Shown here piece by piece: positions 38,533 to 47,909 of a stretch of 64,000 nucleotides of DNA. Under the pieces are notes generated by a model. The model was not told the origin of the DNA. It saw only the letters and a program-made list of their open reading frames with translations, and made no database searches. The first letter of the stretch is position 1. Each line of letters opens with the position of its first letter. The position numbers and the translations under genes were made by a program. The stretch comes from Nannocystis bainbridge. GTDB lineage: Bacteria > Myxococcota_A > Polyangia > Nannocystales > Nannocystaceae. The DNA lies in assembly GCF_028368995.1 (NCBI RefSeq), contig NZ_JAQNDL010000002.1:609724-673723 (forward strand). The letters run 5' to 3'.

Positions 38533-40215
38533 ATGCGGACGCCGTCGTTTTTCGCCTTTGGCTCGGCTCATGGCGGGGTGGGCCGCACGCTGGCGGTGTG
38601 GGGCGTCGGACGCGTGCTGGCGGCGCAGGGGCTGCGGGTGCTGCTCGTCGACCTGGACCTCGAGTCGCCGGGGCTGACGCGGCTCGTGGAGGCGCAGGGC
38701 GAGGGGATCGTCGAGGCGGGGGCCGATGCGGTGTGGCTGACGATCGCGGAGGGGTTGCGGGTGCTGCCGGCGGGGCGGCTCGATGCGGCGTACTGGGATC
38801 GGCTCGATGCGTGGACGGCGAGCGAGCAGGCGGCCGCGTGGGGCGAGTTGCGGCGGAGCATTGCGGCTGTCGACGATGTCGATATGGTGCTCGTCGACGT
38901 CGGAGCGGGCTCGTCGCGGGCGACCGAGCGGGCGCTGCGGGCGCTGGCCGAGCGAGTGGTGCTTTTTACGGCGCTGAATCGCCAGCACGTGGCGGGCACG
39001 GCCGAGCTGGTGCGGCGGTGCGAGGCGGCCGGGCTGGCGACGCGGGTGGTGGGCAGCCTGCTGCCGCTCGGCGAGGACGAGTTGACGGCGGCGCGCGAGG
39101 CGGCGGCGCGCGAGGCAGGGATCGAGCTGTCGCTGGCATTCGGGCAGCACCCCCGGGTGTCGCTGGACGAGCGGGCGAGCGAGCGCGGGCCGGTGCTGGC
39201 AGGGCACGTCGAGCTGGCGCGGCTGGTGCTGCGCGAGGCGGGCTTCGAGGTGGGGACGATCCTGCGGGCGATGGCGGCGGCGATCGCCGAGGGGGCGTGG
39301 TCGCGGGTGCTGTCGCTGGTGCGGGTGGCGAAGGTGGTGGAGCCGGAGGGTGCGTCGTTGACGAGCACGCTGGGGTGGCTGCGCGAGCACGCGACGCCCG
39401 ATGCCGCGAGCGATCCGGTGTTCGCGGCGCTGGTCCAGGCGCTGCCGGCCGATTCGCCGGTGCATGCGAGCTTCGCGACGGCGCTGCACCGGGCCGGCAA
39501 TGCGTTGGCGCGCGGGTTCTACGAGCAATTTTTGAAAGAAGTGCCGGACCACGCGGACATGCTCGGCAACTTCGCGGCGCTGCTCAGCGACGTGTGCGGC
39601 GAGCACGACCTGGCCGAGGACTACTATCAACGGGCGCTGGCGGCCGACGACGAGGACGCGGATCATCGCGGCAACTTCGCCAACTTCCTGGCGCTGGTGC
39701 GCGGCGATCGGGCGCGCGCCGACGCGTGTTATCGCGAGACGATCGCGCGGGCGCCGGAGGACGCGCATCACCTCGGCAACTACGCGAACTTTCGCATCAG
39801 TGCGTTCGCCGATTCGGCCGGCGCGGAGGCGCTGTACCGCCGGGCGCTGGCGGTGGAGCCGGACGATGCGAACTTGCTCGGCAACTTCGCCCGGTTGCTG
39901 CTGGCGGAGGGGCGGGCGGAGGATGGTCGCGCGCTGCTGGGGCGAGCGCTGGCGGGGTCGGAGGCCGGTTCGGCGCTGCGCTGCGAGCTGTGCTTCTACG
40001 CGCTGGCGCACGCGCCCGAGCTGTGCCCCGACGCGATGACGCAGCTGCTCGCAATGCTGGAAGACGGGGTGCGCTCGCCGGGCTGGGACCTGCGTGCGAA
40101 CGTGGCGCGGGCGCGAAGCGACGGGCATCCGCGGCCGGAGCTGCTGGAGGCGCTGGCAGCCGTGATCGCCGACGAGGCGCCGCTGGCCGCGCTCGACGTG
40201 TTCCAGCTCGGGTGA
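38533..40215 (+). CDS. ParA/MinD-like P-loop ATPase domain fused to C-terminal TPR repeats
   Basis: Deviant Walker A-like FGSAHGGVGRT, Walker B-like VLLVDLDLESPGL, C-terminal repeated HLGNYANF / LLGNFARLL / MLGNFAALL / HRGNFANFL TPR motifs. Confidence 0.55.
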   Translation: MRTPSFFAFGSAHGGVGRTLAVWGVGRVLAAQGLRVLLVDLDLESPGLTRLVEAQGEGIVEAGADAVWLTIAEGLRVLPAGRLDAAYWDRLDAWTASEQAAAWGELRRSIAAVDDVDMVLVDVGAGSSRATERALRALAERVVLFTALNRQHVAGTAELVRRCEAAGLATRVVGSLLPLGEDELTAAREAAAREAGIELSLAFGQHPRVSLDERASERGPVLAGHVELARLVLREAGFEVGTILRAMAAAIAEGAWSRVLSLVRVAKVVEPEGASLTSTLGWLREHATPDAASDPVFAALVQALPADSPVHASFATALHRAGNALARGFYEQFLKEVPDHADMLGNFAALLSDVCGEHDLAEDYYQRALAADDEDADHRGNFANFLALVRGDRARADACYRETIARAPEDAHHLGNYANFRISAFADSAGAEALYRRALAVEPDDANLLGNFARLLLAEGRAEDGRALLGRALAGSEAGSALRCELCFYALAHAPELCPDAMTQLLAMLEDGVRSPGWDLRANVARARSDGHPRPELLEALAAVIADEAPLAALDVFQLG

Positions 40216-40221
40216 GGGCGT

Positions 40222-40644
40222 TCACAGATACGCGGTGATCTCAGGCGGGCGGTCCTGGCGGTCGCGCTTGCCGTCCTCGTAGATGATCGGCGCTGCCGCC
40301 AGCTCCACCTCGCTGGCGTCGTCGAGGCAGGCGACGTTGACCGCCCAGAAGTCGCCGCCCATCTCCTTCTCGAGGTAGCCGCGCGAGAACACGTGCGCGC
40401 CGCAGGTGCCGCAGTGATAGTGGTTGATGTCGCCGGGCGGCCAGTGCAGGGGCGTCGGCTGGTAGTCCTTCATGACTTCGCGGCCGGCGGTGATGCGCAG
40501 GGCTTCGTAGGGGATGAGCGCCTTGCGGTAGCCGAGCTTCAAGCAGAAGCTGCAGTTGCAGCGGCGGATCCCGGCGCCGAGGTCGATGTCGGCGTCGAAG
40601 CGAATGGCGCCGCAGTGGCAGCTGCCGCGGTAGGTCTTGGGCAT
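40222..40644 (-). CDS. GFA family protein (glutathione-dependent formaldehyde-activating enzyme / CENP-V-like zinc protein)
   Basis: CHCGAIRF ... CNCSFCLKLGY ... CGTCGAHVF cysteine pattern. ATG at complement 40644. The upstream part of ORF 40222..40968 is artefact. Confidence 0.7.
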   Translation of the reverse strand: MPKTYRGSCHCGAIRFDADIDLGAGIRRCNCSFCLKLGYRKALIPYEALRITAGREVMKDYQPTPLHWPPGDINHYHCGTCGAHVFSRGYLEKEMGGDFWAVNVACLDDASEVELAAAPIIYEDGKRDRQDRPPEITAYL

Positions 40645-40777
40645 GGTCGGGTCTCCGCGGGCAGCATGGGCGAGGCCGCGCCGGGGCGCCAGTCGTGGGC
40701 CCGTGCGTGTCACAGACGCGCGAGGACCCGCGGGCCGGAGCGCGCGGGTCCTCGAGGTGGCCGAATCAACCTGTCTC

Positions 40778-42196
40778 TCAGGCCAGGAGCTCGGCGAACT
40801 CGCCTTGCTCGAGGCCAGCGCGGCCGAACTGGGTGATCGGGGCGCCATTGTCGGTGCAGCCGACGGCGTTGAGCAGGGTGATGAGCAGGCGGTTGTGCGG
40901 GTGGGTCTGGACCCACGGGTCCTGGCCGTTGATGAGGTCGATGTAGTGGCCCTGCTTGAGGTAGCCACCGGCGCCGCCGGCGATCACGACCGGGAGGTCG
41001 AGGTACGAGTGGTCCTTGCCGTCGGACAGCTCGTTGAACCAGACGACGGCGCTATTGTCGAGCACGGTGCCGTCACCCTCGCTGTACGAAGCGAGGCGGT
41101 CGAGCAGGTGGCGGTACTGCTCGGCGTGCCAGCGATCGATCTGGGTCAGCATCTCGTGATAGCCGGCGACCTCTTCGCCCGAGTTGTCGTCCTTGGTGTT
41201 GCCGTGCGACAGCTTGTGGTGGTTGAACTCGTGGTTCATGCCGTCCCACTTGTAGATCGGGCCGCCCGAGCCGGAGCCCCACTGGATGCTGCCGGCGCTG
41301 GTGGCCCCGCAGGCGATCGCCATGGCGAGGATGTCGAGCTGCATCAGGCCGATGGTCTTGAACTGCCAGTCCTCCATGACGGAGTCAGGGTCGATGGCCT
41401 CGATCTCGGCGGCGCGCGCCGGGTCGAGGGCGCACTCGATGAGGCCGTTGCCGACCATGCCGACCTCGAGGTCGCGGATCGAGTCGGCGTGCATCTCGAG
41501 CTTCTGCGCGTCGGCCTGGCTGAGGTTCTTGGCCTTGAGCGACTTGAACTCGTCCTCGACCAGATCGAGCACGCTCTGGCGGCGCGCGGCGATCTGCATC
41601 TTGACCATCTCGTCGAGGCCGCCCAAACCCATGAGGTCCTGGTAGGTCAACCACGGGTTGCCCTCGGGCGTGACGGGGGTGTTGTTGCCGGAGTACGAGA
41701 TGTGGCCGAGCCAGTTGCTGTGGCGCCAGCCGACCGAGAGCGTCATGGCCGGGCCGCCGTCCGCGTTGAGCTTCTGGGCCGCGAACTGGTCGACCGAGAT
41801 GCCGCGCGCGTAGAGGGTGCCGGGATCGAGGGCCTCGGCGGTGAGCTTGTGGCCCATGCCCTTGGCGTGATCGTCCCCGGGGGTGTCGGCGTCCTGGCCC
41901 CAACCCTTGGGCACCATGTGCATGCCGCGAGGGATGAGCAGCTTGCTCGCGTAGTCGGCGATCGGCTCGAGGCTGGTGCCCATCAGCGAGGCCGCGGTCA
42001 GCGGGCCGGCGGCGGCGGGGAAGAAGGTCTCCATGTTGACGCCGTTGCACATGAAGAACACGACCAGCCGCTTGCCGCCCGGATCGGCGGCGCGGGCGGT
42101 CTTGATGAAGCGCCGCCAGCCCAGCGACTCGAGGAAGGGCAGGGCGACCGCGACGCCGCACGCGCCACGCAGGAAGTTGCGCCGTCTCATGGTCAT
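40778..42196 (-). CDS. DUF1552 family protein with twin-arginine (Tat) signal
   Basis: MTMRRRNFLRGACGVAVALPF Tat motif. GGAGGAG RBS. Pairs with the upstream DUF1592-type gene as in Planctomycetes/Myxococcota. Confidence 0.7.
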   Translation of the reverse strand: MTMRRRNFLRGACGVAVALPFLESLGWRRFIKTARAADPGGKRLVVFFMCNGVNMETFFPAAAGPLTAASLMGTSLEPIADYASKLLIPRGMHMVPKGWGQDADTPGDDHAKGMGHKLTAEALDPGTLYARGISVDQFAAQKLNADGGPAMTLSVGWRHSNWLGHISYSGNNTPVTPEGNPWLTYQDLMGLGGLDEMVKMQIAARRQSVLDLVEDEFKSLKAKNLSQADAQKLEMHADSIRDLEVGMVGNGLIECALDPARAAEIEAIDPDSVMEDWQFKTIGLMQLDILAMAIACGATSAGSIQWGSGSGGPIYKWDGMNHEFNHHKLSHGNTKDDNSGEEVAGYHEMLTQIDRWHAEQYRHLLDRLASYSEGDGTVLDNSAVVWFNELSDGKDHSYLDLPVVIAGGAGGYLKQGHYIDLINGQDPWVQTHPHNRLLITLLNAVGCTDNGAPITQFGRAGLEQGEFAELLA

Positions 42197-43965
42197 CACT
42201 CCTCCACCGCGCGGAAGCGGAAGGTTCGGGTCAGGGTGAGGGACACCAGCAGCTCCTTGATGTTGTAGCCGGAGGCGGCGAGCTCGGCGTCGAGGGCGTC
42301 GATCGTGCAACGATCGATCGGGGCGACGTCGCGGCCGTAGCCGTAGCGGAACCAGTTGGTGAGGTAGCAGCGGGTGCCGTTGGCGGACTCGCCGATCTGG
42401 CCGACCATGTCGACGGCGTCGGTGAACGCGAACACCCACGCGCCGGAGACGGACTCGCCGCTGGCGTCGACAGGAGCGCCGTTGTCGAGGTCGCGCCACT
42501 TGCCGAGCGCGTCGTAGTGCTCGAAGGCGAAGCCGGGCGGGTTGATGACGCTCTTGTGACAGCCGGCGCAGTACGGATCCTGCTCGGTGTGGGCCTCGAC
42601 CTGGTCGCGGGTGGTGACGATGTCGTCGCTCGGCGCGGGCAGGTTGGGGTCGATGCCGCCGGGCGGGGGCGGGGGCGGGGTGCAGAGGATCTGCTTCTGC
42701 ATGAAGGCGCCGCGGAAGATCGGCGAGGACGAGCTCTGGTAGGCGTGGGTGGCGAGGAAGCTGGGCTGGGTGAGGATGCCGGCGCGCTTCTGCGGGTCGA
42801 GGGCGGCCTCGGTGAACTCGGCGCCGTACTGGCCCTCGAGGCCGTAGAGGGCGGCGAGCTCGGCGTTGACGAAGGTGACGGGGGCGGTGAGCAAAGCGGC
42901 GTAGTCGCCCTCGAGCTCGAACACGACGTGCCGCACGAACCGCTGGGTCTCCTCGCGCATGGCGCCGGCGAGGGCCTTGTTGAACTCGGGGTAGAGGTCG
43001 CCGTTTTTCTGGAGGTTGTCGACCTTGTCGAGCTCGAGCCACTGACGATGGAAATCGGCGACGGGAGCCTCGGCCTTGGGGCTGTCGAGGAGGCGGCGGG
43101 CGTGCGCCTCGACGCCCTCGGGCGTGTCGAGCTCGCCGGCCCCGGCGGCGGTGAGCAGGAGGTCGTCGGGCATGCTGCCCCACAACAAGTAGGAGAGGCG
43201 CGAGGCGAGCTCGTAGCCGCCGAGCGGGATGACCTGGTCGCTGTCGGCGCTGTCGCTCAGCTCGACGCGGTAGAGGAAATGACCCGACTGCAGCATGGCC
43301 TCGATGATGAAGCGAATGCCCTGCTCGAACGCGGTGCCCTCGGGGTAGAGGCCGGGGCCCTGGGTGAACAGGCCGCTGTAGGTGGTCTGCTCGGCGGGCG
43401 TGAGCGGGCGACGGAAGGCGCGGCGGCCGAACTCGGCGACGAACTGGGCGGCGCACTGCGAGCCGTCACCCTCGGGCTGGCACGGCAAGATGGCGGCGAG
43501 GGCCGCGGGCGCGACGGCCTCGGCGGCGAGGCGCTCGGCGGCGCGGCGGTAGTCGCGACCGAGGCGGTCCTTGACGACCATCTGCGCGGCGTTGTTGTCG
43601 AAGCCAGCGACCGCGGGATCGGCGAGGAACTCGGCCGAGGGCAGCGGGTCGAGGTTCAACTTCAGGAGGTCGGCGACGGTGAGGTCGTACTGCTGGTGGG
43701 TGAGCCGCACGAGCCGCGGCATCGGCCCCGGCTGCGGGCCTTCGTCGCACTTGACGGGCTCGCCGCCGTCAGTCGGATCGGCGCTGGTGTCGGTGCCACC
43801 CTCGGTCGGATCGCTGGTGTCGGTGCCGGCAGAACCCTCGCTCGGACCGGGGTTCTCCGTGCCGGCGGTGGGACCATCGGTGCCGCCGCCGCCGCCGCCG
43901 CCGCAGGCGATCGCGGGCGCGATCAGGGCCAGCGCGGCCAGGTATCGTGGTAGGTGTCGTGACAC
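42196..43965 (-). CDS. DUF1592/DUF1595/DUF1585-family secreted protein with a CxxCH motif
   Basis: Signal peptide/lipobox-like AIAC, Thr/Gly/Asp linker, conserved LSYLLWGSMPDD, DPYCAGCHKS haem-binding-like motif. Confidence 0.65.
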   Translation of the reverse strand: MSRHLPRYLAALALIAPAIACGGGGGGGTDGPTAGTENPGPSEGSAGTDTSDPTEGGTDTSADPTDGGEPVKCDEGPQPGPMPRLVRLTHQQYDLTVADLLKLNLDPLPSAEFLADPAVAGFDNNAAQMVVKDRLGRDYRRAAERLAAEAVAPAALAAILPCQPEGDGSQCAAQFVAEFGRRAFRRPLTPAEQTTYSGLFTQGPGLYPEGTAFEQGIRFIIEAMLQSGHFLYRVELSDSADSDQVIPLGGYELASRLSYLLWGSMPDDLLLTAAGAGELDTPEGVEAHARRLLDSPKAEAPVADFHRQWLELDKVDNLQKNGDLYPEFNKALAGAMREETQRFVRHVVFELEGDYAALLTAPVTFVNAELAALYGLEGQYGAEFTEAALDPQKRAGILTQPSFLATHAYQSSSSPIFRGAFMQKQILCTPPPPPPGGIDPNLPAPSDDIVTTRDQVEAHTEQDPYCAGCHKSVINPPGFAFEHYDALGKWRDLDNGAPVDASGESVSGAWVFAFTDAVDMVGQIGESANGTRCYLTNWFRYGYGRDVAPIDRCTIDALDAELAASGYNIKELLVSLTLTRTFRFRAVEE

Positions 43966-44107
43966 TCCGTCGCCTCCTCGGAAGCCACGGTAAAAGCCGG
44001 CCAGAGGGCTTGCAACGCGGAATCCGCGGGGGGCCCGAGGCCCCGCCCGGAGCCGCCCGAGGGCCAGCGACGCGGCCCCGCGGCCACGGACGCGCTATGG
44101 TCGGCGC

Positions 44108-44518
44108 ATGTCCGACCGAGAGGTGACCAAGACCGACGCGGAGTGGCAAGCGACGCTGACCCCGGAGCAGTACCGGGTGCTGCGCCAGGCGGGGACCGAG
44201 CGCGCGTTCACGGGCGCGTACTGGGACGAGAAGGCGCCGGGCAAGTACCGCTGCGCCGGCTGCGGGGCGCTGCTGTTCGACGCGACCACCAAGTTCGACT
44301 CGGGCTGCGGCTGGCCGAGCTTCTTCGACGCGGTCGACCGCGAGGCGATCGAGGAGCGGGCCGACACCAGCCACGGGATGCGCCGCGTCGAGGTCGTGTG
44401 TCGCCGCTGCGGCGGTCACCTGGGGCACGTGTTCCCCGATGGTCCGCAGCCGACACGTCTGCGTTATTGCATCAACTCGCTCAGCCTCGAGTTCGATCGC
44501 CAGGACGGATCGAAGTAG
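44108..44518 (+). CDS. msrB: Peptide-methionine (R)-S-oxide reductase
   Basis: Canonical MsrB: two CxxC zinc motifs ([17 protein letters not shown]) and RYCINS active-site Cys. Confidence 0.9.
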   Translation: MSDREVTKTDAEWQATLTPEQYRVLRQAGTERAFTGAYWDEKAPGKYRCAGCGALLFDATTKFDSGCGWPSFFDAVDREAIEERADTSHGMRRVEVVCRRCGGHLGHVFPDGPQPTRLRYCINSLSLEFDRQDGSK

Positions 44519-44529
44519 ACGATCCCGGC

Positions 44530-45123
44530 TCAGTCGCTCAGCCAGTGGCTGCGAAAGCGCGCGCCGTCCCAGTAGAGGAGCGCGCTCGAGGACTCGAGCT
44601 TCATCATGACGATGCCGTCGCCCTGGAGCGCGGGCGGCTTGCCGCCGGGCCCGCCGGGCACGGAGGTGCCGCGGTCGTGGACGTACCAGGCGTCGCGCGC
44701 GGGCAGGGTGAGGCCGGCCTTGGCGTCGTCGTCGAGCCAGACGGCCGGGCGCCCGCCGCCGCGCAGCACGACCAGCCGCGGCAGCGCGCCGGCGCCGAGC
44801 TTGGGCACGACGCTGACGAGGTAGTCGGGCGCGGCGTCGCCGTCGAAATCGCCGCGCAAGTAGAAGGGGTTGATGCCGCGATCGATGGCGTGCTCGGCCC
44901 AGATCTTGGCGGCGGCGCCCCGCTCGAGCAGCTCGGGCGGGGTGTTGGCGTCGCCGAGGCGATCGGCGAGGGCGGCGTCGTCCTGGGCCGGCGGCGGCGG
45001 CGGTAAGGGCGTTGCGGCAGGCGGCTCGGCCTTCGCGGGCGCGGGCGCGGGCGTCGCCGCGGGCGCGGAGCAGGCGAAGGCGGACAGGCCGAGGGTGACG
45101 AGGAGGTCGATGCGGACGCTCAT
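44530..45123 (-). CDS. Secreted protein/lipoprotein, hypothetical
   Basis: Signal peptide MSVRIDLLVTLGLSAFAC, Pro/Ala linker. The upstream part of ORF 44530..45648 is repeat DNA (not coding). Confidence 0.45.
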   Translation of the reverse strand: MSVRIDLLVTLGLSAFACSAPAATPAPAPAKAEPPAATPLPPPPPAQDDAALADRLGDANTPPELLERGAAAKIWAEHAIDRGINPFYLRGDFDGDAAPDYLVSVVPKLGAGALPRLVVLRGGGRPAVWLDDDAKAGLTLPARDAWYVHDRGTSVPGGPGGKPPALQGDGIVMMKLESSSALLYWDGARFRSHWLSD

Positions 45124-45334
45124 GGGAGGGTGCGGAGCGGGGCGACAACGGCGAGGGCCGGCGGCGCATTCCGTCGCGCGACGGGATAGCACGCACGCCG
45201 GCGGCGCCCAGCCCCGAGGGCGGCCGCGGGGGCGCAGGCGGGCCGGCGAGGCGCGCGCCCGGAGCCGCGCGGATGGCGGCGGGCGGGCTCGGCCGGGCTG
45301 GCGTGGGGCGATCGCCGAGGGTGATGCATGGGCC

Positions 45335-45660
45335 ATGGCGGGAGGGACATGGGCTTTGGGACATGTCGGTCGGGCCAGAGGCGGGATGTCAGGGGGGACA
45401 TGTTGGACCTGGTGAAGCGGGCGCGTCATGCTCCGGCACGAGGCATGTGGCGCGAGAGACATGTCCCGATCCACATGCTCGATTCGACATGTCCTGATCG
45501 ACATTCCTGAATGGACATGTTGGGCCTGGTGGAGCGTGCGCGGCCATGCGCTGTTACGAGCCATGCAGCGCGAGAGATGTCCCGATTGACATGCTCTATT
45601 CGACATGTCTGGATCGACATGTCTCGATAGACATGTCTCCGCGGACATGTCCCGCGGCGC
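45335..45660. repeat. Large REP-like repeat array (about 20 CATG-core units)
   Basis: gggacatgggctttgggacatgtcggtcgggc ... gggggacatgttggacctgg ... gagacatgtcccgatccacatgctcgattcgacatgtcctgatcgacattcctgaatggacatgttggg ... gacatgctctattcgacatgtctggatcgacatgtctcgatagacatgtctccgcggacatgtcccgcgg. Confidence 0.75.
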
Positions 45661-45667
45661 GACGGCC

Positions 45668-46642
45668 TCAGCGCGGGCGCGAGATGCCGGGGCCGGGGTC
45701 GGGGCCGATCGGGGCGGGCTTGGGCGAAGGGTCGGGCGGGGGCGGTTCGGGAGGGGCCTGCGGGGTCGTGGCGGCGGTGCCGAGCTCGGTCTCGGCGCTG
45801 ACGTCCTCCGGCAGCACGGGCGCGTCGTAGGGGCGGAAGCGGGTCTTGCCGGCGCGGCCGGCGTTGAGGCGCTCCAGCTCCGCGTCGGTGAACGCCTGCG
45901 GGGTGCCGTACGGCGCGACCTGGCGGACGAAGGCCTCGATCTTGGCGCGGGCGGTGCGGGCGACCTCGAGGCGCATGCGATCGACCTCGGTGCGGCGGTT
46001 GGTGGTCGGGTCCTCGCACTCCTCCCAGCGCTCGAAGATCCGCCGCTTGCGCTCGGCGAGCGGCAGCTTGGCGTCGCGCCACACCTCGGTGAGCTGGCCG
46101 CCGAGGTCGGCGAGCTCGCTGCGCAGGCGCTGCCGGTACCAGGCGTTGGCGAGGTGGAAGCGCAGCTGCTCGGTGGCGATCATGAACGCCTGCTTGGCGC
46201 TCTTGTGGCGGTTCTTGCGGCGGCCGTCGGCGAGGCCGCCGAAGCGGGCGCCGAAGCCGGCGAGGATCGGGGCGGCGCCGAACGGGGCGGCGCGGCGCGG
46301 GTACACGGCCTCGTCGATCACGCCCATGAACCACGGCGGGTGACGCTCGGGCTCGGGCTCGCGGAGGCGACGGCGCCACAGGTCGAGGCCGAGGAAGTTG
46401 ATGTCGGCGGTGCCGCCGTGGTCGCGGAACTCGACCGAACCGTCGGGGTAGATGACGGCGGTGAAGCCGTCGCCGCGGTGCTTGAGGCGGCCGGCGCTGT
46501 CGGGCTCGAGGTCGACGGAGGGCCGCGGGATGTCGGGCGGGAGCTTGGCCGGGGCGGCGTGCAGCGCGGGCGCGACGGCCAGGCCCAGCACGACCGCGCT
46601 CGCGCGCACGAGACGGGAGCTGAGCGAGGAGCGCGGGCGCAT
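45668..46642 (-). CDS. Secreted hypothetical protein
   Basis: Signal peptide (VVLGLAVAPALHAAPA), coherent 324-aa sequence with a Pro-rich C-terminus. Confidence 0.45.
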   Translation of the reverse strand: MRPRSSLSSRLVRASAVVLGLAVAPALHAAPAKLPPDIPRPSVDLEPDSAGRLKHRGDGFTAVIYPDGSVEFRDHGGTADINFLGLDLWRRRLREPEPERHPPWFMGVIDEAVYPRRAAPFGAAPILAGFGARFGGLADGRRKNRHKSAKQAFMIATEQLRFHLANAWYRQRLRSELADLGGQLTEVWRDAKLPLAERKRRIFERWEECEDPTTNRRTEVDRMRLEVARTARAKIEAFVRQVAPYGTPQAFTDAELERLNAGRAGKTRFRPYDAPVLPEDVSAETELGTAATTPQAPPEPPPPDPSPKPAPIGPDPGPGISRPR

Positions 46643-46796
46643 GGACGGGGTTCCGGCACAACCCGGCGGGCCGGACCGACATTTCCGGGCCGCGTGGGGC
46701 CTTCAGTTCATCGCTGAACGCGGTGGCTGTAAAGCGGCGCGGCGATCGCTGGCGACGCGGGCGGGGCTCGGCCGAGTTGCCGGGGTCGCGGCGAAA

Positions 46797-47909
46797 TCAG
46801 TCGCCCTGGCCGCGGCTGCGCGGGTCCCTGTAAAAGGCGCGCAGAGACCGGTGGTCGGCCTTGCGGGCGCGGTTTCGCGCGGCGGTCTCGCGGTCCTTGG
46901 CCAGCGAGGCGAGCTCGGCGACCAGCTTGCGGTAGCTGTCGAGGCGCTCGGGCTCGATCGTGCCGGCGGCGGCGGCGGCGACCACGGCGCAGCCGGGCTC
47001 GTGGGCGTGGGTGCAGTCGCGGAAGCGGCAGTTCTCGGCGACCGCGGCGATGTCGGCGAAGGCCTCGGGCACGCTCTCGTCGGCGTTCCACAGCCCGAGC
47101 TCGCGCATGCCGGGGGTGTCGATGACGAGGCCGCCGCGTGGCAACACCAGCAGCTCGCGGTGGGTGGTGGTGTGGCGGCCCTTGCCGTCGTCGCGCAGCT
47201 CGCCGGTGAGGAGCCGCTCCTCGCCGAGCCAGCGGTTGATGAGCGTGCTCTTGCCGACGCCCGAGGCGCCGATCAGGGCGGTGGTCTGCGGGCGGGCGAT
47301 GTAGGCGTCGAGCTCGTCGAGGCCCTGGCCGCTGACGCTCGAGAGGACGTGGATCGGGACCGGGCGCTCGCCAGCGACGCGGGCGAGCAGCGGGCGGATG
47401 GCTGAAAGCACAGGTTCGGCGGTCTCGACCAGATCGGCCTTCGTCAGGGCGAGCACGGGGGCGGCGCCGCTGGCGAGGGTGATGGCGAGGTAGCGCTCGA
47501 GCCGGCGCAGGTTGGGGGCCTGGTCGAGCGGGTGGACGATGAAGACGCTGTCGACGTCGGCGGCGACGATCTGCGGGGCGGCGGCGCCACGGCCGGCGGC
47601 GCGGCGGGTGAGCACGGTCTTGCGCGGCAGGACGGTGTGGATGGTGGCGGTGCCGAGCGCGGCGTGGATGTCGAGCGCGACCCAGTCGCCGACAGCCGGC
47701 TTCTGCATGGCGTCCTTGGCCGCGGCCTTGCGCAGCCTGCCGGCCAGCTCGCCGCGAAACTCGCCGGCGGCGGCGAGCACGACGTAGCCGCCGCGGTGCT
47801 CGGCGGCGACGCGACCGGGCAGGTTGCCGTCGCCGCGGTGGGCCGCCCAGGCGCCGGCGGCGTGCTCGTCCCAGCCGAGTCGCGCCAGCGGGTCGGGGGC
47901 GTCGCTCAT
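46797..47909 (-). CDS. rsgA: Ribosome small-subunit-dependent GTPase A
   Basis: Circularly permuted GTPase motifs (..LTKADLV.., ALIGASGVGKSTLINRWLG, DTPGMRELG) and C-terminal zinc knuckle CRFRDCTHAHEPGC. Confidence 0.85.
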   Translation of the reverse strand: MSDAPDPLARLGWDEHAAGAWAAHRGDGNLPGRVAAEHRGGYVVLAAAGEFRGELAGRLRKAAAKDAMQKPAVGDWVALDIHAALGTATIHTVLPRKTVLTRRAAGRGAAAPQIVAADVDSVFIVHPLDQAPNLRRLERYLAITLASGAAPVLALTKADLVETAEPVLSAIRPLLARVAGERPVPIHVLSSVSGQGLDELDAYIARPQTTALIGASGVGKSTLINRWLGEERLLTGELRDDGKGRHTTTHRELLVLPRGGLVIDTPGMRELGLWNADESVPEAFADIAAVAENCRFRDCTHAHEPGCAVVAAAAAGTIEPERLDSYRKLVAELASLAKDRETAARNRARKADHRSLRAFYRDPRSRGQGD

